DNA of 64,000 nt, from assembly GCA_964016885.1 (NCBI GenBank), contig OZ024740.1:118296001-118360000 (forward strand), written 5' to 3'. The translations under genes and the position numbers were made by a program. This document shows positions 13,407 to 26,430 of this stretch, piece by piece. Source of the DNA: Eledone cirrhosa (lineage: Eukaryota). Within the stretch, counting starts at the first letter, position 1. Every line of letters begins with the position of its first letter. The notes under the pieces are model-generated. The model ran no database searches and had not been told where the DNA came from. It saw only the letters and a program-made list of their open reading frames with translations.

Positions 13407-14480
13407 TAGTCTATAAATGTGTAATTAGTACTAAAGACTCCACTCAATCCTATATAGGAGCTACGTCTAACCAATTTAAAATAAGATTTAATACCCACAC
13501 ACATAGTTTTAAAATTGCCGCATTAGTTAATAGAACCTCCTTGGATGAAGCAATTAATAATTATAGAAAGAAGGATATTGATTACAACCTGAACTGGAGC
13601 ATGCTCAAAAGAGCCACCCCTTATCAAAATAGCAGATATGAGTGTAGGTTATCCTTCCAAGAACTATTTGAAATCATGAAATCTAATGAATCCTATTAAA
13701 AAGTGACAGGAGTTAATTATATCATGCAATCATAGAATTAGAAAATCCTTCAAATATTATAAACTTAATTAATATATACCTCACTCTTATATTTTACAAA
13801 TTATTATTTTAGTTAACCTATAATTAGATATTTACTACAAAGAATTTCATAATTTTATTTCCCTCTTGCAGCTCACTTTACCTAAAGTTAACTTTAACCT
13901 CACTACTTATTTTAACCGCATCACCTATCTATCACATTTAATACCTAGGATTAGTAAATATAATTAATATCTTTAATATTATGGATGTTTAGATAAATAC
14001 ACTACTTTTTATAAAATTTTATTTATTTCAGTCTTTCTATATATATTTTTTATTTTTTTAAATATTTTTACAGCTTTATTTATCACATTCATAAGAATTA
14101 ATATAATTTTAACTCTGTAAGTATACCTATCAATTAATTTAATTTCCTTTTATGTATCTAGGTTCCTTAAAATTTAAACAGGAGTAGTATTTCTCACTAA
14201 CACTCACATCCCACAAAAAATTTGTTTAATAACATCAATTTTTGGGGGGAATCCTTCACTATCCTTTTTGAGTTGACCTCATTTTAACCCTAACTTTCTC
14301 TTCCCAATTGTATTCGTTTTATTCAAAGCATAAATTTACATTCCTCCACTCCTAGCATAAAGTTTCTACTACTGTTATTCTATCAACTTGACCTCTAACT
14401 CTTTTCTATTGGTCAATTCAAAACCTGTTCCCAAACAGACTTTTTGTATTAATACTTTGTTTCCTTTAATAAACATACTT

Positions 14481-14622
14481 CATCATTTCTGAAGATGGCA
14501 TATATAAGTGAAGGTATGTATATCTCCTCTGATAATGTGTAATATTTTTTTTACATAGATCTTTAATATGATATACATACCAACACACACATATATATCC
14601 CAGAAAGGATCGTAAAATGATG
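14481..14622 (+). ncRNA. type I hammerhead ribozyme motif with long stem II
   Basis: CATCATTT-CTGAAGA-(~107 nt including GGTATGTATATC/GATATACATACC)-GAAA-ggatcg-TA-AAATGATG. Confidence 0.7.
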
Positions 14623-14818
14623 ATTCTTTTCAATGTAAGGAACCCGTTCTTTGTTTTTATTTCATTGTTTTTATTAATTTATCTTGACTCTGTTTTCCTA
14701 TGATTTTTATCCTTAAATTTTGAATGCATTTTTTCTTTTCATGATATCTTCTATATTCGGATTACATTGAGTTCTTCATACGGATTGGACACTACCGTTT
14801 ATTTTGGTAGATTTATCT

Positions 14819-14849
<31 letters not shown>

Positions 14850-14855
<6 letters not shown>

Positions 14856-15625
14856 GGGTAAAATTCCCGAGATCCATGGACGATTTTTCTCCAGCGGTCT
14901 CTGTCCCTCATTATCGCTGCCATGTCCCGTGTCTCCAACAGACCAGTGTCTGTCCTTAGGGCATCAACATACATTAACCTTGGTCTTCCTCTTCCAGTGT
15001 GTCCATGTAGGGGCTCCCACAGGAGCACTGAGTGGAATGTCACCTCTGGATGTCGGTGAGCATGTCCAGCTAACCTCAGTCTCCTCTGTGTCACTTTTGA
15101 GCTGACGTTTGGGAGGCTCCCATACAGCTCTGAGTTCTTCATCCTCAGTGTATACTGATTAATGTTCAGAGTCATCCTCAGCATTCTCTTGTAGTACCCA
15201 TCCACCATCTGAGTGAGTTTCTTGGTCAGTGTCCAAGTCTCAGACCTGTACAGCAGCACTGACTACACTACAGCAATGAAGAGGCGGATTTTCAGGTCTT
15301 TACGGAGGTCCGACTTCCACACCGATCTCAAGCTGTGGCACGCCACTCAACCTTTGTTCTTCCTCTCAACCACATCATCTTCCGTATTCCCAATCTTTGC
15401 TCCCAAATACAGGAAGTCCTCAACCAATTCTAGCGGCTTTCTGCCTACATTAGTAATCCCCTCTGGCTTCTCAACATTCTCTACCAGATATTTTGTTTTA
15501 GTCTCATTCATTCTCAGCCCCACACTCATCGACACAGTCTCCACCTCCTGCATCAAATCCTCTACCTCCTTCACTGTATTTGTCACCAAAACTATGTCGT
15601 CGGCAAATTCAGCATCTGATATCTG
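14850..15625 (-). mobile_element. RTE-clade LINE 3' fragment (RT C-terminus)
   Basis: EFADDIVL, FLYLGA, LLYRSETWTLTK, RRLRLAGH, GRGRPR; same family as 21905-23143. Confidence 0.9.
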
Positions 15626-17998
15626 TATAGACATTCTAATTCTTGTTTATCTGTTTATTATACAGATATTCAATATAGGAATAGAAACATGCTCTAAATT
15701 ATTTGCTGTGATTCATCCATCACCGAAGTAACATACTCAGGAAATCCATTTAGTATCAGTTATGTAGTTAAAACTGTTTGGGTTGTTACTCTCTTCTTAT
15801 GATACCAACCTGCACAAAATCAGTATTAGTTCTATGGTATAAAATCATTGATTTAAAGGATTCCTATTTAAGGTAATATCTTTTGACATGATTGTATATA
15901 AGAGCCTTTTGTTAAGCTATGTTAAAAATTTAATCTTAAGGAAATCATTCCTAATTTTAATCAATTCCTTATTAATTAATTGACATACAGTATATTTGAT
16001 TAGAAGTATGTTCACAAAATGGTTAAACTGCTTCCATACAATACTATGATGCATTTATAATACCATTCATTATCACAAAATTATTTTGGGAAGACTAACA
16101 TTCTGACATTTCTGTTTTAGTTAAGATATAAACAGTCACCAGTTTCTGTCGTCAGATGTCTAAGAAGAGTATACCTCCAGTTTCTGTCTAACACATTTCT
16201 TACATTAGCAAATGATATACTGGCCCTCCCAAACAACAGATTGAAATTGAACTTGTGGTTGAGAAGCAAATGTCTTAACCACACAGTGATATAACAAATC
16301 TCAGGCAAGTGAAGTGTAGGTAATTATATCTTCCCCATTGCTTGACTGATAATCATTTAATGGATCCCTACTATCACCAGATCCAACCAATAGTAGTAGT
16401 ATCTGGAACCATGTTTAATATAACTATCTAACCCTTGATTTTTTATGGTCAAGTCAACACTATTACAAACATTTTTACAAGGCTCCTATCTGAAGATATC
16501 CCATGAACTGTAGTTTCTTATCTTTCCTTCATCAATCATTCACCATGTGAAAGATTATGGACATTGCATTTTCTCCTTTGACTATAAGAAAATAAAAGAA
16601 CTGCCTCCATTCCTAATAAATTATCTATTATGTATTGATATATTTGAGGTCAGAAAACATTTTGACACAGAATAAAATAAGGCCTGCAGTAACATTTAGA
16701 AAATAGAGAACACTGTAATTAAAAGGGAAATTAAAATATCAGCTAGTAACTAAACATAAAGAATGAAAATCCAGCCAGTGATAGAAGGAAATAGGAATGA
16801 ATGAAATAAAAGATTTATACGTAGCCAATTTTAGCAATGATTTTATCTTAGACTTTATGCCAGAAGTAGCTGATGCTAAAGATAATATATTCAGAGAATA
16901 GAGAAAATCCAATCATATCACATGACAGACACAGATTAACTTTCAAATCTATCAATTAATAATAACTTACTAGCAGAAATAAAAATCTACAATTTGATAT
17001 TAAAATGGCTAATTAAAAACAGAGAACACGACAACCATTTAATATAATTAATATAATTGGATGAAGTTTCTATTAGGTACAAAAAAAGAAGAAAAGAAGA
17101 AATCTAGAAATTCCTGATAAAATCTCTGCATGAAAGTGAACATTCCAAGAGAATTTGAAGCATTCATGACAGAATACATTGAAATTTTCAGAATAAGAAT
17201 GTGAAAATGTGCAAAATAAGATAGAAGTAGCAAAAATATGATCTACACTTTGCAATCATAACAGAAAAATATACATGAAAATAAAATAATAAATACCAAC
17301 AAAGTATTCAAGCTGCAGATTTGCAGAGAGGGTAAATGAATGTTGGTCTTTAGATGCAACAAATAGCTTCAAACTGATGTAAATCATATATTTTCTTACA
17401 AAAGTGAATGTGTGGTTTTAAATAAAAAAAAAAACATGTGTCAAATGAGTAAAACTAGCTGTCAAGTAAAGCCTGTTCTGAGAGGAGCAGCTACCAATAA
17501 AAGTGTCTGAGTCAGAAGTCATTTACTGTAGATGAGAGGCATATTAAATAGCATAATCATGAATAGGGGAGGGGGGGATCATCACAGTTATATGACTGTG
17601 TTTTGTCCAACATACCAGTGTCTTAAGAGGTATCTGAGATGTTTCATTTTGTAGTGAGAAATGATGTGGTGGGAGGGTGGCACACATGATTGGGTTCTTG
17701 ACAATCATATCATTTGGATTCTTGACAGCCATATCATTCATTTGTTATTCACAAATGTACTGAAATTCTGTGATGGAAAAATAATTCAAATATTTTAATG
17801 GGTTTATTGATAATACAAAGGAAAACTATGTTCAAATCAACAAATAAGTGAGGAAAACTTTGGAACGCAGACTTTACCATAGTAGCATATGAGAAAACCA
17901 TACATGAATTAGAATGCATGTGTATATATTAATTAACAAAATGTTGCAGCACAACTCTCACAGATAAACACCATAGTAATTAGCAACACTCTCTCTCG

Positions 17999-18032
<34 letters not shown>

Positions 18033-18205
18033 TAGCGTGGAAGATAGACATTAAACGATGATGATGATGATATATGTAATAAACAACACAATATAATTAT
18101 TCCATTACCCAAGGTTTCACGAAGTTAAACAATTCTTTATTTGCATATCCAAATAAAGATTCCTAATCATAGCGACAACTTCGATTTTACTCACTATTAT
18201 TATTA

Positions 18206-18244
<39 letters not shown>

Positions 18245-18245
<1 letters not shown>

Positions 18246-18971
18246 CTTTGATAGGTTTCGGCCAGTATTGGCCCAGGCCATGTCTAATTTAATAGCACCA
18301 CCTGGCGAAGTCTTACAAATCAGTGTTTGTGCACGATGGCCCACTCGAGTAGAGAGTTATTGTTTACAGAGGCATATCCGGGTGTAGGAGACTTATCCAC
18401 GATTTCTTGAAGGAATTTATCCAAAGACTTCTTGAACTTGATGGGGTCTGTCTCTGCTTTGATGTGTCTTGGTGTAATGTTAAAGAGTGCAGGGCCAATT
18501 GAGGTGAAATAATTGTGCCGTGTTGTTGTTATGTGATGCGAGTGAGATTTTTGTCCTGGGTGGACAGCACAGGGCGCAAGCCTTGGGTGTACACAAAAGG
18601 TGATGCCAACATCATTTGGGCAAAGCTGATGGAATATTTTCCACATCATACAGATAATGTAGCGCTCACGGCCACGTTGGAGAGAATAAAGTTTGAGCTT
18701 TTCTAATCGACTCCAATAGTTATGCCATCTATGTCATGCCATCTATCTTTTTTGTAATCGACCTTTGGAGTGCTTCAACTTTCATGATACTTTGTTTCAT
18801 GTGGGGTGACCACAGTGGACAACAGTATTCAAGGTGGGGTCGGGCAAAAGTGGTGAAGAAAAGGATAACAGTGTGGATATCTCTCGACTGGAAAGTTCTA
18901 AGAATCCAGGAACACATTCTGCGGCCCATATCAACTTTGCTGTTTATATGAGTAGCCCAGCTTATGTTCAT
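18245..18971 (-). mobile_element. CR1-group LINE 3' fragment
   Basis: RPHLEYCCPLWSPH...EALQRSITKKI, FKKSLDKFL; 3' stem-loop GGCCAATACTGGCC next to (TA)n. Confidence 0.85.
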
Positions 18972-19805
18972 TTGTTAGTATTTTGTATAATATTAAAACT
19001 CCAGGAATATTTCATTGTAGAGTGCTTTTATTCTATTATAAAACTGTATTCATTGAGTACTCAATGAACCATATTAATCTTTGGTTTTATATATATATAT
19101 ATATATACGTGGAGAATATATATAAAGGAAAACAAACCATTAAAACATGTTTAATTAAAATAGCACCTACGGACGTTTTGCCCGAATGGGCTTCTCAAGG
19201 GCATAAAAAATTAAAAAGCGTTCTTTACATAACCCCTAATGGGTTTTAGAAATAATTTCACATCACAGTCCATTCTTCGTAAAAAACATGTATTGATTTT
19301 GCAGTAGTTCAAGGGGGATAATTCTAGCCGGTGTTAGAGCAATGTTCCCCAGATAGCACAACCCTTAACAAAAATACAAAGATATGGAATCGCCACCGCA
19401 ACGTCCTATGGTTCCATCCTCCCTACTCTCGGAGTGTGGTCTCCGACTTCCCCGGATATTCTTCGAAGCCATAGAGAAGAACTTCCCACCCAACCATAAG
19501 TATAGGAAAATCCTTAATAGAAACAATTCTGGCTTGATTTCTACAGCTGGATGCCCTTCCTAACACCAACCTCATTTATAGTGAGTACTGCTAGACATAT
19601 GTCTGCTGGACTCACGAACACAAAGGCGTGTGTTTTTTTTTCTGCCGGCAGCATATCATAAAATCGAATTTCATCTGAGTATACCGTTCTCATAACGGCA
19701 ACACATATATGAATCACATTTTCATTGCATGGGAGAATTGTTGAAATAATTATGATGAATAAACGATTTATGTAACATCATTATTAATGTTGTTATTATT
19801 ATTAT

Positions 19806-19857
<52 letters not shown>

Positions 19858-20150
19858 AAAGTTTTATTTAAAATTGTTGGGTTACAACAAGTAAATATTT
19901 TATAACTGATATAAAGCACTCGACAAGTTTTTGGAGTAGATATACAATATTAAACAAATGTAAACTATATTTATAAAACCATATTTATTTCATTATACAT
20001 ATTTCATGTATGTATGATGAATTATTATTTATCTGTTGCTTTCATTTGAAATACCAATGATGGTTGGAAAATCACTTAATGAAGGACTATTTTTATCATA
20101 TGTAACCCATGTGCAACCACGCAGTATTCTTCTTTCTTCTCATGTTTTAT

Positions 20151-20204
<54 letters not shown>

Positions 20205-20208
<4 letters not shown>

Positions 20209-20393
20209 TTAATATAGATGAGATTCTACAGGACTAGAACTGTTTCATTCATTAGAAATCATCACCTGATGATTTCTAATGAATGAAACAGTTCTAGTCC
20301 TGTAGAATCTCATCTATATTAAAACTTTTATACTCTGCTATGTATTGAGTACCTTACTTACTGTGGTTACCTCCGATTCAACCCGGAATAACG
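20205..20393 (+). repeat. 122-bp palindrome with hammerhead core plus 67-bp unique tail (fold-back Penelope-like terminal repeat)
   Basis: Arms 20205-20265 and 20266-20326 are complementary except the central C/C; CTGATGA starts at 20266, GAAA 20285, GTA 20302-20304. Confidence 0.85.
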
Positions 20394-20446
<53 letters not shown>

Positions 20447-20660
20447 GTATATATGTGGGTGTGTGTATATATATATGTGTGTGTGTATATTTATATATAT
20501 ATATATACACACACACATACATATATACACACATACACATATATACATATATATACACACACACATATATACATATATATAAACACACACATATATATAT
20601 ATATAGAGAGAGAGAAAGAATGAGAAGTAGTTTCAGAGGTTAAAGTCCTTTATTGATAAT

Positions 20661-20735
20661 CGTGTGACACATATTTCAATGACAGCAGTGACCACCCAAT
20701 TCCGTGTACCTAGTGCCATGACATCATCAGACAGC
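20661..20735 (-). ncRNA. degenerate hammerhead motif
   Basis: - strand TGT-CTGATGA-(stem II)-GAAA-tatgtg-TC-ACA. Confidence 0.5.
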
Positions 20736-20869
20736 TTCTTATACAATAAGGTTACGCTCCCAAGGCACTCCAAACAGAAACGACAGGGGAATGGACAAGG
20801 CACGTGTCCTTGAATCCCTTGGCTGTTCCCCTATATATATATATATATATATACACACAATACGAACAG

Positions 20870-21310
20870 CAAAACATAAACAAACTAAGTAAGAAATTAG
20901 GAATAAGAGGGATTAGATGAGATGATATATATATATATATATACTTGAGAGAAGATTACGTTGGTATGGTCATGTGATGCGCATGAAAGAAAACAGCAAT
21001 AAAAAAGTGCAGGGCGATGAAAATTGATGGACGTTACAGTAGGTAGACTCAGAAAAACCTAGGACGACATGATAAAATCCGAACTTGCACACTTACATCT
21101 CTCTAAAACAATGTCACTGGATCTAGATATTTGGCGTCACACAGTGATACAGAAGATCCACCTTCCCTACGTGCAAAGCTAACCTACAGTCAGTAGGCCC
21201 CACCTAACCAAATATACATCCCAACCCACTATCCCTACTCCATCCTCCCCCATCCACCAATACCACCCTTTCTCTGTAAAGTTATGTTGGTACCACAACA
21301 TCCAGTCCAA
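20870..21310 (+). mobile_element. RTE LINE 3' fragment (family of 46890-48685)
   Basis: ERRLRWYGHVMRMKE...PRKT.DDMIKS; split by a (TA)n tract. Confidence 0.75.
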
Positions 21311-21391
21311 ACTAAAGAGCTCAAGGAAGAGATTCCGATCTCTTTATAGCACAGTAAAGAGAGAGAAATACACACATATATATATATATAT

Positions 21392-21448
<57 letters not shown>

Positions 21449-21449
<1 letters not shown>

Positions 21450-23143
21450 CTCTGGGTGAGTTTCTTGGTCAGTGTCTAAGTCTCAGACCCGTACAGCAGC
21501 ACAGACTCCACTTCAGCAATGAAGAGGTGGATTTTCAGGTCTTTACGAAGAGGTGTGATTTTGATGATATCATCCTGGGGTTCTGTAACCAGGCACTGGA
21601 GAAAGGAGTTGCCCTGAATTAGTGGAGGATCAGTACATCGTTGGTGTTAGAAAGATCTCCCTTCATTGCCACTGGGACGATGTTAATGATCCTCCACTGG
21701 TTCAGGGCAACTCATTTCTCCAGTGCCTGGTTACAGAACCCCAGGACGATATCATCAAAATCACACCTCTTCATCACCTCTGATGCCACTCCATCAACTC
21801 CATGAGCCTTGCCCTCCTTGATCTTCTTGGCTCTCTGAAGCTCCTCTCTGGTGAAGCGCTCTGTCCAAATATCCAGTTCTTCAAACATCCGCCTGATCTC
21901 CCCAGTGCTCTGATGATGATACTTAACAGGATCCATCTTGAGATGGAGAAGATGCTCAGGGACAACCAGAACGGCTTCAGAGAGGGAAGATCAACCACCA
22001 GTCACATACTGATGACGAGGAGGATATTAGAAGGAGCTAGAGCAAAGGGCCTTCCTGCGGTCATGGTTTTCATTGACTTTAGGAAGGCCTTTGATTCTGT
22101 GGACCGTCACTGCCTGATGAAGATCTTACAGGCTTATGGAATCCCCAAGAAGATAGTGGACCTGATATCACTGCTCTACACCAACACGAAAACCCAAGTC
22201 ATTACACCTGATGGGATGACATAGTTCTTTCAGATACTGAATGGAGTGCTCCAGGGAGATACATTGGCTGGCTCCCTACCTTTTTATCATCATAGTGGAC
22301 TATTGTATGCGCCTTGCAATGGAGAAACACCAGGACTCTGGCTTTACTGTAGCACCGGCTCAGAGCAGGAGAGTTAAGATGAAAAAGATATCGGATGCTG
22401 AATTTGCCGACGACATAGTTTTGGTGACAAATACAGTGAAGGAGGCAAAGGATTTGATGCAGGAGGTTGAGATTGTGTCGATGAGTGTGGGGTTGGGAAT
22501 GAATGAGACTAAAACAAAATATCTGGTAGAGAATGTTGAGAAGCCAGAGGGGATCACTAATGTAGGTGGGAAGCCACTAGAATTGGTTGAGGACTTCCTG
22601 TATTTGGGAGCAAAGATTTGGAATACGGAAGATGATGTGGTTGAGAGGAAGATCAAAGCCTAGATGGCATTCCAGAGCTTGAGATCACTGTAGGAGTCGT
22701 ACCTTCATAAAGACCTGAAAATACGCCTCTTCATTGCTGTAGTGGAGACTGTGCTGCTGTACGGGTCTGAGACTTAGACACTGACCAAGAAACTCACTCA
22801 GATTGTGGATGGGTGCTACACGAGAATGCTGAGGATGGCCCTGGACATTAATCAGTATACACTGAGGATGAAAAACTCAGAGCTATATGGGAGCCTCCCA
22901 AAAGTCAGCTCAAAACTGACACAGAGGAGACTGAGGTTAGCTGGACATGCTTACCAAAACTCAGTGCTCCTGTGGGAGCCCCTACATGGACACATTGGAA
23001 GAGGAAGACCAAGATTAATGTATGTTGATGCCCTAAGAACAGAGACTGGTCTGTTGGAGATGCATGACATGGCAGCGATAATGAAGGACAGAGACCCCTG
23101 GAGAGAACTCGTCCATGGATCTCGGGAATTTGACCCGCCCTAG
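21449..23143 (+). mobile_element. RTE LINE (RT domain) with multiply inverted 5' end
   Basis: + 21905-23143: NQNGFREGRST, DFRKAFDSV, GVLQGD.LAPYLF, FADD. Inverted pieces at 21640-21905 (-), 21548-21632 (+) and 21449-21547 (-). Confidence 0.9.
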
Positions 23144-23192
23144 ATAGATATATATGTGTGTATTTCTCTCTCTTTACTAAAGAGAGAGAAAT

Positions 23193-23229
<37 letters not shown>

Positions 23230-23531
23230 CATATATGTGTGTATTTATCTCTCTTTACTGTGCTATAAAGAGATTGAAATCTCTTCCTTGAGCTTGTTTG
23301 ATTGTAAGGGAATATTGTGAGTTTTTAACTCAACATTTAATTTGATATATTAGGCTCCTGTTCTTTAAGTAGAGCCGTATAATGTTAAATGGTTCTAGAC
23401 TGCTATTTTTAGAAGTCGAAAGTTCTATTTGCCCCACCTTGACGTTCTATGCATGTGTCTCTCCTCTCTTATCACATGTGCAATTTTAGTCTTCTAATTA
23501 TACGTTAGTGATGATGAGCATATTAATTGGG

Positions 23532-23612
23532 CACATTCTCTGAAGAGCACCCATTGATTAACTCATCAATCAATTGTGAAACATGGCTTTATTTTGAACT
23601 TGTCTGGATGTG
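23532..23612 (+). ncRNA. degenerate hammerhead motif
   Basis: CACATTCT-CTGAAGA-gca..attgat/atcaat..tgt-GAAA-ca...tg-TC-TGGATGTG; tail runs to (TA)n at ~23725. Confidence 0.5.
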
Positions 23613-23720
23613 ATTAGTTATTATAGTTGGTTTGTATATTTTCATTATTCTTTAATTAATCTGTATAAGCTGTTCTACCCATAGTTAATATTTTCGTCAC
23701 CCTGGTGATTTTTTCTCCCT

Positions 23721-23777
<57 letters not shown>

Positions 23778-25479
23778 TTCTCCCTTTACTGTGTTATAAA
23801 CAGCTCAGAATCTCTTCCTTGAGCTTGTTGATTACAAGGGAATATTGTGAGTTTTTACTCAATATATAAATTTATATATATATATTACAATCTCAATAAT
23901 TAAATATTTATATATTTATTACATCCTTCCGAGTTCTTCAGTATTTCATTTGTAACATGAAACAAAAAGCTGAGGCACACTTTTATGCATCACATTTCCC
24001 TTAGATATATAAAAATAGGTAGGAGATTCTTTAAGAATGATACCTACAATAGACCTATTGAAAATCCTATAGACCCTATTGAAAATCAGGTGTACTTACT
24101 ATCTGATTTATGCTTTGAAATTTCGAGCAATGCATCAGAAGAACCTTAATAAAATTTAGAAGATATAACCACCATTTATAAGAACCAAACATATATATTA
24201 CTGATAAATGAACATTTATTTAATAAATTTCTTCATGAAAGCATTAAAACAGATTTTAATGTTTGGTCTTTTATCTTTCATAAACCATTCTTTATTTTAT
24301 CTTCTTTTGACCCATAACATTTATTTTATCTTTAATTTCCAAATCAAATATCAAACAAATCAAAAACCAAAAATAAAAAAATAAAATGACTAGAATGAAA
24401 AACAAAACAAACAACAGTAGAATAAAGAAATGAATGATAGAAGGAGGAAGGTAAAATAGACGGAATATGAAAGGCAAATATCAAATTCATTCTAAATTTA
24501 ATACAGTTTTAAAACATTTTATCTAATAAATCTTTAGAGAAAGAAGTTCTTTTGTTGTTACTATCATATACATGCTCAGTATAAACAGTCATTAAAACAT
24601 AGGCTCTTTAGCTTTGGTTAAAATTGCTTTTTTTTACATCAAGTGAATATTTCTGAACTATTGTACGAACATTTTATTTTATCAATAAAGTTCTTATTAA
24701 AATCATATTTAACAAACAGAAATTAATATCTGACAATTGAAATAGATACTTGAGAATTTACCAATATTTGATATCTGGAATTTAATATCTAATCCAAATA
24801 ATATTAGACTTCATTTAAATACAAAATTAATATTTTCACATATTCAAACTCACTAACTAGATGCTTATGTGTTCACCACATGTTCAAACTTACTAATCAC
24901 TAGTGTATTTATTATGTTATGTTAGAAATAATATTCAATAGGTTTCTATACAATCCTTCATTATCATCAACCTTCTATAATTATAGAGCAGTGAATATCA
25001 CAAAGAGGAATATATATATATATGTTTATTAGTGCAGGCCGTTTTTGAAACTACCATATAACAGATATCACACTGCCAGTTTTGCCTATCTCTATTCTCA
25101 CTTCTTATCGTTTCTATGCCTCAGTTTCATACTTATTTGTCTGTACTCTGGACTACAGTCCATAATATTGTTTTCAATTTCTCTCTTTTCTCTATTTGTT
25201 CTCCTTTCACTAAAGTGCTCACGCACTATTCTTTACCCCTTTGTCATTTAATGTACTTGGGTTATTTTTCATCCATATTTGTGTAATTTGTTGAATGACC
25301 TAATTTGTTCTGTTTTATTACATTCCATGTGCACTGGAATGAACATTATCAATACCTTAGTGCACTGAAACCATAGTCATTTCTAGAGATTTTTGTTTCC
25401 ATTCTCTTTGTCCTGTATGCCTTACATATTTTGAATTAATATTCTAAAGACCTATCCATACTATACATATATATATATC

Positions 25480-26395
25480 CGATGTGAATGAGGCCAAATT
25501 GACACCGTTGATTAACAACCAGCCAGCCAGGAGTGAACGGTATGCTGGCATGACTCAGGACAGGTTCAAAGCCAGGTTTTATGCACATGTCGCTTCTTTT
25601 AAACACTCTGATAAAAGAACAGCAACGGCTCTCGTAAATAAGGTGTGTGAATTCAAATACAAAAACATCCCGTACTCTATCGATTGCTCTATTCGAGGGA
25701 ATACCAAAGGGGCACAACGAATTGTTCTTTGTGCACCACTGAAAAATTTAGAATTCTACAAAATTTGAAAGCCACTTCCACTTGCCTGAACTCCAAGACC
25801 GAGATCTTCAGATCATGTCCTCACCTGAAATCACATCTCTGTAACTGGATTGACATACCTACGATGACTCAACCACCTTGAACTTCTTCTTTGCTCATTA
25901 CGCCTTATACCCACTACGATTTTTATCCACTCTCTGAACTCAATTTCTCCCTTATCTCTTATATTTAAACTTTTTTCCTATGTTATTTATATTTCTTATT
26001 CCCCCTACTTTCTACCTTACCCTTTCCACACCCACCTCTTTTTTATTTACAAATATTTATTTCTGTGTGTATGTATGTATGTATGTGTGTGTGTGTATAT
26101 GTATATATATATTGTGTATGTGTGTGTATATATATATATGTGTGTGTTTTTATATATATATATATATGTGTGCTTTTGTGAGTAGGTAATTTTTGTGCGT
26201 GAATATGCACGTTTATGTACATGTGCTTGTGTATGTATGTATATTTGTTTATATATATATATATATATATGTTTTTATGTATGTGTATATATATACACAT
26301 ATATATAATTTGATATATATGTGTATATGTATATATATATATGTGTGTGTGTGTGTGTTTGTATATGTATGTATGTCTGTTTATGTATGTGTGTG

Positions 26396-26429
<34 letters not shown>

Positions 26430-26430
26430 A
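25480..26430 (+). mobile_element. Penelope-like GIY-YIG 3' fragment
   Basis: EAKLT...YAGMTQDRFKARFYAHVASFKH...CSLCTTEKFRIL...LNSKTEIFRSCPH. Confidence 0.8.

Larger units (their letters stand above)
12813..14820 (+). mobile_element. 5'-truncated Penelope-like element (Asn-rich linker, GIY-YIG endonuclease, 3' terminal repeat), interrupted by a Helitron
   Basis: CNCRNKKNCPLKGNCLISNI|VYKCVIS...YIGATSNQFKIRFNTH...CRL; hammerhead at 14481-14622; ends in (TA)n. Confidence 0.8.

Noticed and set aside
15735-15809. Strong - strand acceptor TTTTGTGCAG
   Set aside because: All frames close quickly and no clear donor.
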